Shown piece after piece: positions 27,893 to 36,606 of a DNA stretch of 64,000 bases. The notes under the pieces were generated by a model. The model had not been told where the DNA came from, made no database searches, and saw nothing but the letters and a program-made list of their open reading frames with translations. A program made the position numbers and the translations under genes. This DNA is from Candidatus Omnitrophota bacterium (GTDB lineage: Bacteria; Omnitrophota; Gorgyraeia; Gygaellales; Profunditerraquicolaceae). The DNA is taken from contig JAGOOP010000006.1 of the NCBI GenBank assembly GCA_017992455.1, positions 1,707 to 65,706 on the forward strand, read 5' to 3'. Position 1 is the first letter of the stretch, and every line of letters starts with the position of its first letter.

Positions 27893-29761
27893 CTATCCCG
27901 GATATTCGAACACGACCGCGGTAATGTCGTCGAACTGCCTGCCTTTACCCTCGAACGCAGCATGGCGCTGTTCAAGATGCGCAAGCGCTTCGTCGATGGG
28001 CATGGCACGCACGCCCGTTACGCTGTTTTTGAGGTTCTCGATCCCGAATTCCCTGCCCGTTGTTGACCGCGCCTCGGTCCATCCGTCCGTATACATGAAC
28101 ATCCTCATATCCCGCGTAAAAGACTGCCGGACTGTCGTAAATCTGATGTTCTCCATAAGGCCCAGAGGCGGGCCGGAGGCGGGCAGGACCTCGATAACTC
28201 CTTCGGCTGTTTTATTCGTTACCAGCGCCGCCGGATGTCCGGCGCAGGCGCCCTCCCAGTACCCGTCCTTATGATGCACGACGACATACTGCCCGGTAAC
28301 GAACCTGCCGTTCAAAAGGGGCTTGAGCTGATTGTTCAACACATACAATACCTCAGCCGGATCGCGCGACATGCGGCCGGCAACCCGCAAAAGCGATATC
28401 GTCTGCGCCATGATAAGGGAGGCGCTCACCCCTTTGCCCGATACATCGCCGATGAACACGCCGAACGCGGCCTCGTCGAGCGCGATGATATCGTACAGGT
28501 CCCCGCCCACGAACCGGGCCGCTTTCAGATACGCGCGGATGTCCACGGGACCGATCCGGCGCACGTCCGGCGGCAGGAAACTGCGCTGGATGCTCGCGGC
28601 GATCTCGAGCTCCTTTTCAAGAAGCCGCCTTTTCTGGACCTCTTCGAAAAATTTGGCAAGCAGCACGACCGCATACACGATCCCGATGCAGGCCAGGGGC
28701 AGAAAAACGTCGATGAATATGCCCTGATATGCAAAGAGCGTCCATGCGGCAAGAACATATACGCCCGCGACCGCAATGCATATTCCGAACGCCGCGACCG
28801 GAGCCGCCGCGGCGCAGACTGCGAACGCCGTTGCCGCAACCGCGATACCGATAAGCGCGCGGCCGACAGCGCCGGCGCGCTTGACAAACGCATTGCGCAG
28901 GATACTGTCGCAGACGCTTGCCTGCGTTCCGACCATCGGATAGACCGGATCGATCGGATTTGCCCGGAAATCCGAGGTTCCCGCAGCGGTCAATCCCACA
29001 AAGCATATGGCATCCTTTAATACGCTCAGATCGAGCCACGAAGACGCGCCTTTTTGCATCGCAGCCGCAGCCCGCAGCACGTCAAGATAGGAATAATGCG
29101 AAAATGTCCTGGTCCAGGGGCCCGGATAATTCACCCATATCGCGCCCGACGCTTCGGCGGCTTTGTTCAAAACATCTTCCACCGGCACGCCCAGATATTG
29201 CGAAGCGGCGAGCACGCCGAGCGACGGGAACAGCTCGCTGCCGTGCCGGATCATTGCCGGCACCCTGCGCACTTTCCCGTCGCGGTCGACGATGATATTG
29301 ATATGGCCGGCGCCTGCCGCATGTTCCCGCAATGCCGGCGCAACGCCCGCCAGCATCTCGCTTGAAACCGCAGGCGGTCGATACTGCATGCGCTCCAGCT
29401 GGAACGCCATGGGAAGAAAAACCCTGCCTGAACGCCGCAGGACTTCGGATAATACCGGGTCTGAGCCGGATGGCTCGGCAAGAAGGATATCGAAAACGAT
29501 CATGCGGCATCCTGCCTGCGTCAGCGCGTCGATCAATGCGGCATGGAAATCCCTGGACAAAGGCCATCGGCCAAGGGCCTTGATGGTGTCATCCGCTATC
29601 TCGATCACTGCGATGCCAGGATGCGTGGCCTGGACAGGCCGCGTCCTCATCAGCCAGTCATACGCGGCCATTTCCTGATGATCGAAAAAACCCGAGAACA
29701 CCGCCCCATTGATGCACAGGACCGGAACGAGGACCGCCCAATACCGGAATACCCGTTTCAT
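27893..29761 (-). CDS. CHASE2 sensor domain-containing PP2C/SpoIIE phosphatase
   Basis: 622 aa. N-terminal TM, then CHASE2-like region (IAVIEIADDTIKALGRWPLSRDFHA), then ~3 TMs. SpoIIE part: ARFVGGDLYDI, GDVSGKGVSASLIMA, TDGWTEA, FDDITAVV. ATGA overlap with the upstream RsbW gene. Confidence 0.85.
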   Translation of the reverse strand: MKRVFRYWAVLVPVLCINGAVFSGFFDHQEMAAYDWLMRTRPVQATHPGIAVIEIADDTIKALGRWPLSRDFHAALIDALTQAGCRMIVFDILLAEPSGSDPVLSEVLRRSGRVFLPMAFQLERMQYRPPAVSSEMLAGVAPALREHAAGAGHINIIVDRDGKVRRVPAMIRHGSELFPSLGVLAASQYLGVPVEDVLNKAAEASGAIWVNYPGPWTRTFSHYSYLDVLRAAAAMQKGASSWLDLSVLKDAICFVGLTAAGTSDFRANPIDPVYPMVGTQASVCDSILRNAFVKRAGAVGRALIGIAVAATAFAVCAAAAPVAAFGICIAVAGVYVLAAWTLFAYQGIFIDVFLPLACIGIVYAVVLLAKFFEEVQKRRLLEKELEIAASIQRSFLPPDVRRIGPVDIRAYLKAARFVGGDLYDIIALDEAAFGVFIGDVSGKGVSASLIMAQTISLLRVAGRMSRDPAEVLYVLNNQLKPLLNGRFVTGQYVVVHHKDGYWEGACAGHPAALVTNKTAEGVIEVLPASGPPLGLMENIRFTTVRQSFTRDMRMFMYTDGWTEARSTTGREFGIENLKNSVTGVRAMPIDEALAHLEQRHAAFEGKGRQFDDITAVVFEYPG

Positions 29762-30189
29762 GAAAGGCTCTGAATGGTTTTCGACATCCTGACGCCGCTG
29801 CCGTTGTCGTAGAACTCGACTTTATCCATAAGCTTGCGCATGAGATACACGCCGCGGCCCGAGGGCTGATGCGCCTTTTCTCCCCGTGTCGGGTCGGGAA
29901 GGACGCGGAAATCGAACCCGTCGCCTTCGTCATGGATGTCCATGGTGATCTGCCGGGGGCCCGCGTCGATATGCACGGTGACAAAACAACGCTCATCGAG
30001 CCGGTTTCCGTGGCGCATGGAATTGACCATCGCTTCCTCGAGCGCGAGCTTGATCTTGAATACATCGTCCTTGGAGCCGATCAACGGCAGAAGTTCCTGC
30101 GCGACGCGGTCAAGGAACGGGTTGACGGCCTTCAGGTCGGTCTTGAGCTTCTCGTGCACGCGGTATATGGATGCCATATGGTCCGTCAT
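29758..30189 (-). CDS. RsbW/SpoIIAB-type anti-sigma regulatory factor (Ser/Thr kinase, GHKL ATPase)
   Basis: 143 aa. LALEEAMVNSMRHGN, DEGDGFD and GRGVYLMRKLMDKVEF. ATGA overlaps at both ends. Confidence 0.85.
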   Translation of the reverse strand: MTDHMASIYRVHEKLKTDLKAVNPFLDRVAQELLPLIGSKDDVFKIKLALEEAMVNSMRHGNRLDERCFVTVHIDAGPRQITMDIHDEGDGFDFRVLPDPTRGEKAHQPSGRGVYLMRKLMDKVEFYDNGSGVRMSKTIQSLS

Positions 30190-30578
30190 GCGAAACGTTC
30201 CGGCGGTTTAATATTGCCCTTCTGGACCCCGTCGAGGAATTTGTCAAGGTATTCGTCCGCTTCGGTCAGGCTTGCGAACATCTGGGGGCTCAATATCTTC
30301 ATGGTATCGAATACCTGCTTGACCTGCGGCTGCATGTTCACCAGCGCGATCGTTCCCGCGCGCTCTTCGACCGCCAGCTTGACGCGGAAAAGCGCGCTCA
30401 GTCCCATTGAGCTGATATACGAAACCTGCCCCATCTCGAATACGACGGCCTTTGCTTTCGGCACGATATCTTTCAGCCGCTCTTCGAACAGCTGATACGT
30501 TTCCGTATTGATCTCGCCTTTGGGCGCTGCGACAAAAACCCCGGATTCCTTCTCAATGATCGAAACATCCAGAGCCAT
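30186..30578 (-). CDS. STAS domain anti-sigma-factor-antagonist-like protein
   Basis: Start moved to ATG 30578 (MALDVSIIEKE...; SD AAGGAGG). MGQVSYISSMGLSALF. Confidence 0.85.
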   Translation of the reverse strand: MALDVSIIEKESGVFVAAPKGEINTETYQLFEERLKDIVPKAKAVVFEMGQVSYISSMGLSALFRVKLAVEERAGTIALVNMQPQVKQVFDTMKILSPQMFASLTEADEYLDKFLDGVQKGNIKPPERFA

Positions 30579-30588
30579 TGCGGCCTCC

Positions 30589-31629
30589 TTATTTTTTGGG
30601 ATTTTTCTGCGGAACAGGTTTTTTATGCAAAGGCGCCTTTTTCTCAACAGCGCCGCCTGCGTTATGCAGGGCGCTGCGTTCCTGCGCCTGAAGCTCTTTG
30701 AGCTTCTGCGGTGCCTGCTGCTTGAACTGTTCCTGCACTTTCAATTCCTTGTCCTTCCGGGGCTCCTGCTCTTTGAACTGCTGTTTGAGCTGCTGTTCCC
30801 TGGCCTGCTGCTTGAGCTGCTGCCCATCAGCCTGCTCTGCCCGCTTCCGATCCCCGCTGACCAGCGGTTTGAATCCGTCTTCCGGACGGGCCTTTTTGCC
30901 CTTCATCTCCTGAATAAAATCCTTGCGGTTGAACTGCGGCCGCTCCTGCCGCTTGATGACCGCCTCGCCTGCGCGACGGCGCACCTGCTGCTTCATGTCC
31001 TGCCATTTCTGCTGCCTGCCTGCAGCCATGGGACGGGGCTGCATGGGCGGCTGGAACCGTTTCACCGTGGTCATCTGGCCGGGCTGTATCATGGTCATCT
31101 GCGCTGATTTCACGCCGGCGGATTCAAAATGCCTGACATACGGGATGCTGTCGATTGCCTCGACGTCAGTCCCTTCGCCGCTGACCTTCGTGACCCAATC
31201 GGTCCCCCGTGCGCCGGATACCGCCGTCGGCGTGCGGATCTCGAACGAACTGCCGCCTGCCAGTTCGCTGACAGAAGCGAACACCTCGCCCGTCGTCATG
31301 GAAAGCTTTTCGTCGCCGGACAATACCACCTCGGCATCCGTATTCTCGTTCAACCGCACCACATTGGTATTCGCCTCGTTGAACGAAAGTTCGGCTGACC
31401 CCCCGTCGGATGTCTTTATCGTATCGCCTGCCTCAAGCGCCATGCCTTCCTGCGCCGCAGCGTATTCGTCAGCGCCTTCAAGCAGAACTTCGACCGTGCC
31501 GTTCACCGATATGATCTCGGCCTGGTCAGCGGCTGCGAAGGAACAGGCGCATAAAAGAAAAAAACCGCACAAAACAAAAGAAACCATGCTCCTCTTGTGC
31601 GTGCGATTTTCCATACGCATTGTTTTCAT
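30589..31629 (-). CDS. Secreted FecR domain-containing protein with K/Q-rich tail
   Basis: Signal peptide MVSFVLCGFFLLCACSFAAA. FecR-like core IISVNGTVEVLLEGADEYAAAQEGMALEAGDTIKTSDGGSAELSF. Tail QQLKQQAREQQLKQQFKEQE... The start could be M1 (31629, leaderless-type) or M15 (31587). Confidence 0.8.
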   Translation of the reverse strand: MKTMRMENRTHKRSMVSFVLCGFFLLCACSFAAADQAEIISVNGTVEVLLEGADEYAAAQEGMALEAGDTIKTSDGGSAELSFNEANTNVVRLNENTDAEVVLSGDEKLSMTTGEVFASVSELAGGSSFEIRTPTAVSGARGTDWVTKVSGEGTDVEAIDSIPYVRHFESAGVKSAQMTMIQPGQMTTVKRFQPPMQPRPMAAGRQQKWQDMKQQVRRRAGEAVIKRQERPQFNRKDFIQEMKGKKARPEDGFKPLVSGDRKRAEQADGQQLKQQAREQQLKQQFKEQEPRKDKELKVQEQFKQQAPQKLKELQAQERSALHNAGGAVEKKAPLHKKPVPQKNPKK

Positions 31630-31637
31630 ACGCTGAT

Positions 31638-31666
31638 ATTATATCGGAAATTTACAGTAAAATCAA
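31638..31666 (-). promoter_or_regulatory. Sigma70-type promoter, leaderless-type geometry
   Basis: Minus strand: TTGATT (31661-31666), 17 nt, TATAAT (31638-31643). ATG 31629 begins 8 nt after the -10. Confidence 0.5.
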
Positions 31667-31697
31667 TCATTCACTGCCCGGCCTGCTCACTCACTGA

Positions 31698-32333
31698 TCA
31701 ATCATCGATGTAATAATTGCCCCTGCCTGAAGCGCCTGTGCGGCCGCGGCCCATTCCGCCTGACTGGCCCATGCCCGGCTGAGCGCCGTGCCTGCGCAAA
31801 AGCGCGATCATTTCGGTATTCTGCCTGAACATCGCCATTGAAAGCGGCGTTGTGCCGGTATCTATTTTTGCGTTCACGTCTGCGCCGTTATCGATGAGGA
31901 CCTGCGCGGCCTCGATATGGCCTTTTTTCTGGCCTTTGAACGCGGCGAAATGCAAAGGCGTCGAGTCATTGCGCGTGCGCGCGTTGACGTCCGCGCCGTA
32001 TTTGATGAGCAGGCGCGCCGCCTCGGGCTGGGCCTGGGACGCGGCGACATGAAGCGGCGTTCCTTCGTTCTTATTGCGGATGTTCGGGTCTGCCTTGTAA
32101 GTCTCGAGCAAAAGCTTGACCGCTGCGGTCTGTCCTTTGCCCACTGCCCAGTGAAGCGGGGTCTTTCCGACATCGTCCTGCACGAGCAGAAGTTTCGGGT
32201 TCCTGTCCAGCAGGGCTTTTAATTTCGCCAGGTCGCCGCTCTGGGCAGCGTCATGGATCTCGCCCGCGTGAGCCGCATTGGCCAGACCGCACAACGCCAG
32301 CCATCCGCACAATACGAGTATGATCTTTTTCAT
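31698..32333 (-). CDS. Exported ankyrin-repeat protein
   Basis: Start moved to ATG 32333 (MKKIILVLCGWLALCGLANAAHA; SD AAGGAGG). About 5 ANK repeats (G.TPLH.A...G....V..LL..GA(D)(V/P)N). Confidence 0.85.
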   Translation of the reverse strand: MKKIILVLCGWLALCGLANAAHAGEIHDAAQSGDLAKLKALLDRNPKLLLVQDDVGKTPLHWAVGKGQTAAVKLLLETYKADPNIRNKNEGTPLHVAASQAQPEAARLLIKYGADVNARTRNDSTPLHFAAFKGQKKGHIEAAQVLIDNGADVNAKIDTGTTPLSMAMFRQNTEMIALLRRHGAQPGMGQSGGMGRGRTGASGRGNYYIDD

Positions 32334-32349
32334 CACCGGCCTCCTTTGA

Positions 32350-34260
32350 TCATGAAAAACGCACCGCGAGCATGGTAATATCGTCCGACTGCGGCTCATC
32401 CTTGGCGAAATCGCGCAGGGCCCGGCGCAGCGACAGGACCATCTCTTTAATATCCTGCCCTTCCATTGCCTGCAGGGCAGAACGCAGGCCCTGTTCGGTA
32501 AAGAATTTTTTCTCCGGGTCAATGGCCTCGGTCACCCCGTCGGTATACAGGAACAGGGTATCCCCGCTGCCGAGCGTTATCGATGACTGTTTGTACGCAA
32601 ACCCCGCCATCGGGCCGAGGACAAAACCCTTGTCAACAGCAAGGTATTCAAAACGGCCCCCTGCCGGGCACACGAGCGGCGGATTGTGGCCTGCGTTGGC
32701 GAACTCGACCGCGCCGGTCCGCGTGTCAAGCACCCCGCACAGGACCGTGGCGAACATGCTCGTGTTATTATCGAGCGCGAGGATATTGTTCACCCGCGCC
32801 AGTATCTGCGCAGGAGACGATCCCTGCAGCGCTTCGTTCTTGAGCAATGTTTTGGTGATCATCATGAACAATGCCGCAGGCACGCCTTTGCCCGAAACAT
32901 CGCCCATGGCAAAATACAGCTTCGTTTCGTTGACAAGGGCAAAATCATAGAAATCCCCGCCGACCTCTTTTGCCGGCTCCATCATGGCGAAGATATCGAA
33001 TTCCTTCCGGTCAGGGAACGCCGGGAATATCCGCGGCAGTATCCCGGTCTGTATCTCGCGCGCGATCTTTAATTCGCTCTCGATGCGCTCCCTGGCAGCA
33101 GTGGCCTCGGTCAGCCTTCTGATATAGTCTTTGAGCGCATCCTTCATTGCGGCAAAAGCCTGGGTCAATCTGCCCACCTCGTCGCCTGATGCGTATCCGG
33201 GCAGAACCGCGTCGAGATCCCCCTTGCCGATCGCCTGCGCAGCATGGGCCATGCGCCGCAGGGGCTTGGTGATCGAATGCGATATGGCCGCGATCACCGC
33301 CACGAGCAGCAGTATGCCGAAAATGCCGACCCCTGCGGACACCAGGGTGTTCGTGCGGATGTCGGCGAACAGTTCGTCCTCGGGGAACACGACCGCAAGC
33401 GACCAGCCGCTGGCAGGCACGGGCGTGTAATACATCCAGCTTTTTTTATTGCGCACAATGGACATATACGGCACGAAACCCGTCTTGCCGGCAATCATCT
33501 CCCTGCCGATCCGCCGCAGCGCCGGGTCATTGCGGCGGGCCGCGACCGTGAATATCGTCTCGTTCATGATCAGGTCTTTATCCGCATGCGTGATGATCGT
33601 GCCGTTGCGCGACACCAGGTACGCGTCGCCGGTCTTGAGGATCCTGACCGAATTGACGATCGCGGTCAGATGTTCAAGCGATACGTCCGCGCAGATGATC
33701 CCGTGCAATTTCGGGCCGTACGGCGTCGTGTAGTAAAAAGGCACCGAATAGGTGCCCATCATGATATCGTCGAAATACGGTTCGCTCCAGACAGCGGCGT
33801 TGAGCTCGCGGGGTATCTGATACCAGTCCTCGTAGAAATACCGGTATGCGTCATCACCCATATAGGTGAGGACCAGCCCCTTCTTTTCCTTCGCATAGTA
33901 CGGGGCGAAATAAAGCAGGCCCGGGTCGAATGCGTACGGCTCGAACGCGATGCCCATGCCGTAGATCTCGTCGTTATTGGCCACCGCCAGCCGCAGAAGA
34001 TCGTCGATTTCCTGTTTGTTCAGGCTGCCGGATTCGATGGCAAGGGCGAGGTTCTGGGGGATCTCTTCGATCTCCGACAGCGCGCCGTTGATCTTGTTGA
34101 CCGCGCGCAACGCGATGTTCTCTGCAGTCTGCCGGATATCGGAAAGGATGATCCGGCGCGAAAGATGGAAATTCAACCCGATGATCGACAGAAAAATGAT
34201 CGAGCAGCTGCCGGAGAAAAACAGGATGAATTTGAACGCGAGGCTTCTATTCCTGAACAT
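32350..34260 (-). CDS. Cache-like sensor + HAMP + PP2C/SpoIIE phosphatase
   Basis: 636 aa. TM, then ~270-aa periplasmic dCache-like region (WYQIPRE...WSEPYFDD...ICADVSLEHL), TM, HAMP (ITKPLRRMAHAAQAIGKGDLD). The SpoIIE domain is clearly paralogous by eye to that of 21005-22576. Confidence 0.85.
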   Translation of the reverse strand: MFRNRSLAFKFILFFSGSCSIIFLSIIGLNFHLSRRIILSDIRQTAENIALRAVNKINGALSEIEEIPQNLALAIESGSLNKQEIDDLLRLAVANNDEIYGMGIAFEPYAFDPGLLYFAPYYAKEKKGLVLTYMGDDAYRYFYEDWYQIPRELNAAVWSEPYFDDIMMGTYSVPFYYTTPYGPKLHGIICADVSLEHLTAIVNSVRILKTGDAYLVSRNGTIITHADKDLIMNETIFTVAARRNDPALRRIGREMIAGKTGFVPYMSIVRNKKSWMYYTPVPASGWSLAVVFPEDELFADIRTNTLVSAGVGIFGILLLVAVIAAISHSITKPLRRMAHAAQAIGKGDLDAVLPGYASGDEVGRLTQAFAAMKDALKDYIRRLTEATAARERIESELKIAREIQTGILPRIFPAFPDRKEFDIFAMMEPAKEVGGDFYDFALVNETKLYFAMGDVSGKGVPAALFMMITKTLLKNEALQGSSPAQILARVNNILALDNNTSMFATVLCGVLDTRTGAVEFANAGHNPPLVCPAGGRFEYLAVDKGFVLGPMAGFAYKQSSITLGSGDTLFLYTDGVTEAIDPEKKFFTEQGLRSALQAMEGQDIKEMVLSLRRALRDFAKDEPQSDDITMLAVRFS

Positions 34261-35251
34261 GGCCCTCCGGGGGACGGTAAAAATCGCGATAAAGCGGTAT
34301 TGCCTCGATCAGGCCGCCGCGCAGCAATTCTTCGGCAACACGGTCGAAGTCATTCTGAACAAGCGTGCCCGCAGGAGCGGGATCATCCGGCATGATCAGA
34401 TCTTTCATCTTCGACAGCATCCAGCGCTGATGCACGCGATTGGCGGGAAGATGCGCTTCGCGCATGCGCGCGAGCACGATATCGACCGCCTCATCGGGAT
34501 GATCGAATGCATATTGCCAGCCGTCGAACGACGCGGCAACGAACGCGGCTGCGCCGGCAGGATCCTTATCGAGCGTTTCCTCAAGGCAATAGATGCCGTC
34601 CTCGGGAAAGTTCATGCCCAGATCGCTGAAAAAGAAGGTAACGAGCTCTTCGGGATCCAGGCCGGAATTGATGATCGTATCGTATTCGTTATACCACATG
34701 GCAGATACCGCGTCGACCCCTCCCCTGAGGAACAGATTGACCGTATACGACTGCGGCACGATCTCGGCAGTAACACCGGTCCGGCGGAAATACGCCTCGG
34801 GCTGGATACGCAGATCGCCTTCCCACAGGCTCACCTTCCTGCCCTGCATGTCCTGCGGCTTGAGTATCCCGCTTGACCTGCGGCTGATCAGCATGAGCGC
34901 CGAGCGCTGCACGACCTGGCCGACATTGACGAGTGCGACATCTGCGGCGCGGCGCTGCACCGCGGACACAAGCCACGCGATGCAAAAATCGGTTTTTTTA
35001 TTCTTGAGCGCTTCGAGGGACGGATCATTGGCTCCGCCGGGAACCAGGGTAACGTCAAGGCCCCTCTGCCGGTAAAACCCTTTTTCAACGGCAACGATAT
35101 ATCCGGCGAACTGGGCCTGCGGCTTCCAGAGCAAAGCGCACGATACCTTTTTTAAGGGGACATCAGCGGCCCGGCCACAGGCGGGAAATATAACAACCGC
35201 TGCCGCAACAACAAGAATGATCCTGAGGGATATGTGAACCGGAGCTTTCAT
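34247..35251 (-). CDS. NMT1/THI5-like (NitT/TauT-type) periplasmic substrate-binding lipoprotein
   Basis: Start moved to ATG 35251 (MKAPVHISLRIILVVAAAVVIFPAC, lipobox-like). LLWKPQAQFAGYIVAVEKGFYRQRGLDVTLVPGG. The ORF-track N-terminus (GEPSP repeats) is translated REP sequence. Confidence 0.75.
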   Translation of the reverse strand: MKAPVHISLRIILVVAAAVVIFPACGRAADVPLKKVSCALLWKPQAQFAGYIVAVEKGFYRQRGLDVTLVPGGANDPSLEALKNKKTDFCIAWLVSAVQRRAADVALVNVGQVVQRSALMLISRRSSGILKPQDMQGRKVSLWEGDLRIQPEAYFRRTGVTAEIVPQSYTVNLFLRGGVDAVSAMWYNEYDTIINSGLDPEELVTFFFSDLGMNFPEDGIYCLEETLDKDPAGAAAFVAASFDGWQYAFDHPDEAVDIVLARMREAHLPANRVHQRWMLSKMKDLIMPDDPAPAGTLVQNDFDRVAEELLRGGLIEAIPLYRDFYRPPEGHVQE

Positions 35252-35258
35252 CCCGCCC

Positions 35259-35286
35259 ATTATACCAAAAATGGGGTCAGACACAA
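35259..35286 (-). promoter_or_regulatory. Sigma70-type promoter, leaderless-type geometry
   Basis: Minus strand: TTGTGT (35281-35286), 16 nt, TATAAT (35259-35264). ATG 35251 begins 7 nt after the -10 with no SD. Confidence 0.45.
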
Positions 35287-35294
35287 TAAATAAT

Positions 35295-35380
35295 GGGGAC
35301 GGTTCTCCAAAAACATAGGGACGGTTCTCCTTCGGAAAACATGGGGACGGTTCTCCGAACGAGAACCGTCCCCATGTTTT
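35295..35380. repeat. REP-A cluster: three direct copies plus one inverted copy
   Basis: ggggacggttctcc at 35295, 35318 (ggg) and 35343, with an inverted gagaaccgtcccc at 35361-35373. 35336-35355 and 35361-35380 form a perfect 20-bp hairpin with loop cgaac. The cluster lies between divergent promoters. Confidence 0.85.
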
Positions 35381-35383
35381 CAA

Positions 35384-35412
35384 TTGTCACATGCCCCATT
35401 TTTTGATACAAT
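35384..35412 (+). promoter_or_regulatory. Sigma70-type promoter, leaderless-type geometry
   Basis: TTGTCA (35384-35389), 17 nt, TACAAT (35407-35412). ATG 35420 begins 7 nt after the -10. The ATG at 35411 lies inside the -10 hexamer. Confidence 0.5.
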
Positions 35413-35419
35413 GCGAGCC

Positions 35420-36166
35420 ATGGACAAGACGCATACACATATCAAAAAAGTCGGGATCACCGGATCAGCGGGCAACATCGGTTCCACCCTGCAAAAGGGG
35501 CTGTGCGAAAAATACGACCTGTGCCTGTATGATGTCCGCGATGCCAGGCCGATATGCCCGGCATTTTTCAAAAAGATCGATTTTGCCCAGCGCAGCCAGC
35601 TCGACGGTGTTTTCAACGGGCTCGACGCCCTTATTCACCTGGCCGGAAACCCCCACCCTGACGCTCCCCGCGCGCAGACATACCGCAACAACTTCGAAGC
35701 GACCAGTTATGTTTTTGAGGAAGCGCGCAAGGCAGGCGTCAAAAAGATCGTTTACGCAAGCTCCAATTTTTACCACGAGGCAGCGATCGGCCGGATTCTC
35801 GACGGATCCATGCGCGGCCGCATCACCCTCGACATGGCGCCGAGCCCCATATCGCTCTACGGCGAATCAAAGGTGTACGGCGAATCGCTCGGCAGGCATC
35901 TGGCATATCTGGGAATGCAGTTCGCGGCGCTGCGCATCGGCTGGACCGTGCCGCAGGATAACCCGAAGATGTACTGGGGGGATTACATGCGCGCCGTCTT
36001 CTGCTCGAAACGCGACCTTGTCCAGGCATTTGACAAAGCCCTGCAGGCGCAGGCCGCGTTCCTTCCCGCATTTGTCACGAGCAACAACACGCACAATGTC
36101 TTCGACCTTGCCGAGACGAGAAAAACGCTCGGTTTCGATCCGCAGGACAACGCCGAAGATTATTAG
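35420..36166 (+). CDS. NAD(P)-dependent epimerase/dehydratase (SDR) family protein
   Basis: MDKTHTHIKKVGITGSAGNIGSTL (Rossmann GxxGxxG) and YGESK (catalytic YxxxK). Start chosen from promoter geometry; the ORF track starts at TTG 35384. The 3' end overlaps the convergent receiver gene by 4 nt. Confidence 0.8.
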   Translation: MDKTHTHIKKVGITGSAGNIGSTLQKGLCEKYDLCLYDVRDARPICPAFFKKIDFAQRSQLDGVFNGLDALIHLAGNPHPDAPRAQTYRNNFEATSYVFEEARKAGVKKIVYASSNFYHEAAIGRILDGSMRGRITLDMAPSPISLYGESKVYGESLGRHLAYLGMQFAALRIGWTVPQDNPKMYWGDYMRAVFCSKRDLVQAFDKALQAQAAFLPAFVTSNNTHNVFDLAETRKTLGFDPQDNAEDY

Positions 36167-36570
36167 CCGAATATCTCGTCGATACGCTGGACCAGTTCTT
36201 TCGGCGAGATCGGCTTCTGGATGAAATAGTGCCCGCCGAGGCGCCCCGCCTTCTGTTTCAACTCATCGTTGGACACCAGCGACTGCAAGAACGCCATGGG
36301 GATCGCTATGGCAGTGACGAACACGATCGTGATCCCTTTGGTCTCATCGTCCTCGCACAGGATCTGCGCGGCTTCCGTGCCTTCCATATCAGGCATCATG
36401 ACATCGAGCAGGATCATGTCCGGCTTGTTCGCCTTGGCCAGATCGATGCCCTTGGTCGCCCGCGTGGCTGTCAGGACCTCGAAACGGCCGGTGCGCTCGA
36501 GTATGGATTTGATCAGATCGCATATCTCCTGTTCATCGTCGACAACGAGTATCTTCTTTTTATCGCTCAT
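36163..36570 (-). CDS. Stand-alone response-regulator receiver (CheY-like) protein
   Basis: 135 aa. KKILVVDDEQEI, PDMILLDVMMPDMEG and ..KP. SD AAGGAGGG. Confidence 0.9.
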   Translation of the reverse strand: MSDKKKILVVDDEQEICDLIKSILERTGRFEVLTATRATKGIDLAKANKPDMILLDVMMPDMEGTEAAQILCEDDETKGITIVFVTAIAIPMAFLQSLVSNDELKQKAGRLGGHYFIQKPISPKELVQRIDEIFG

Positions 36571-36606
36571 GTTCCCTCCTTAAACCCCCCGGGATATCCC
36601 CGGGTT

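Noticed and set aside
21005-31629. Annotating the STAS/RsbW/PP2C genes as a sigma-B-type general stress regulon
   Set aside because: No sigma factor gene, RsbR/S/T stressosome genes or sigma-B-type promoters are visible in the window. The output of the network is unknown.
35295-35380. CRISPR-like look of closely spaced direct repeats (also at 16399-16434)
   Set aside because: The repeats are only 12-16 nt and the spacers 4-10 nt. There are at most three direct copies plus inverted copies, and no cas genes. These are REP clusters, not a CRISPR array.
35391-36224. 277-aa alternative-frame ORF overlapping the epimerase gene
   Set aside because: The product is Arg/Ser/Pro-rich nonsense. The other frame has the Rossmann GxxGxxG and YxxxK motifs.
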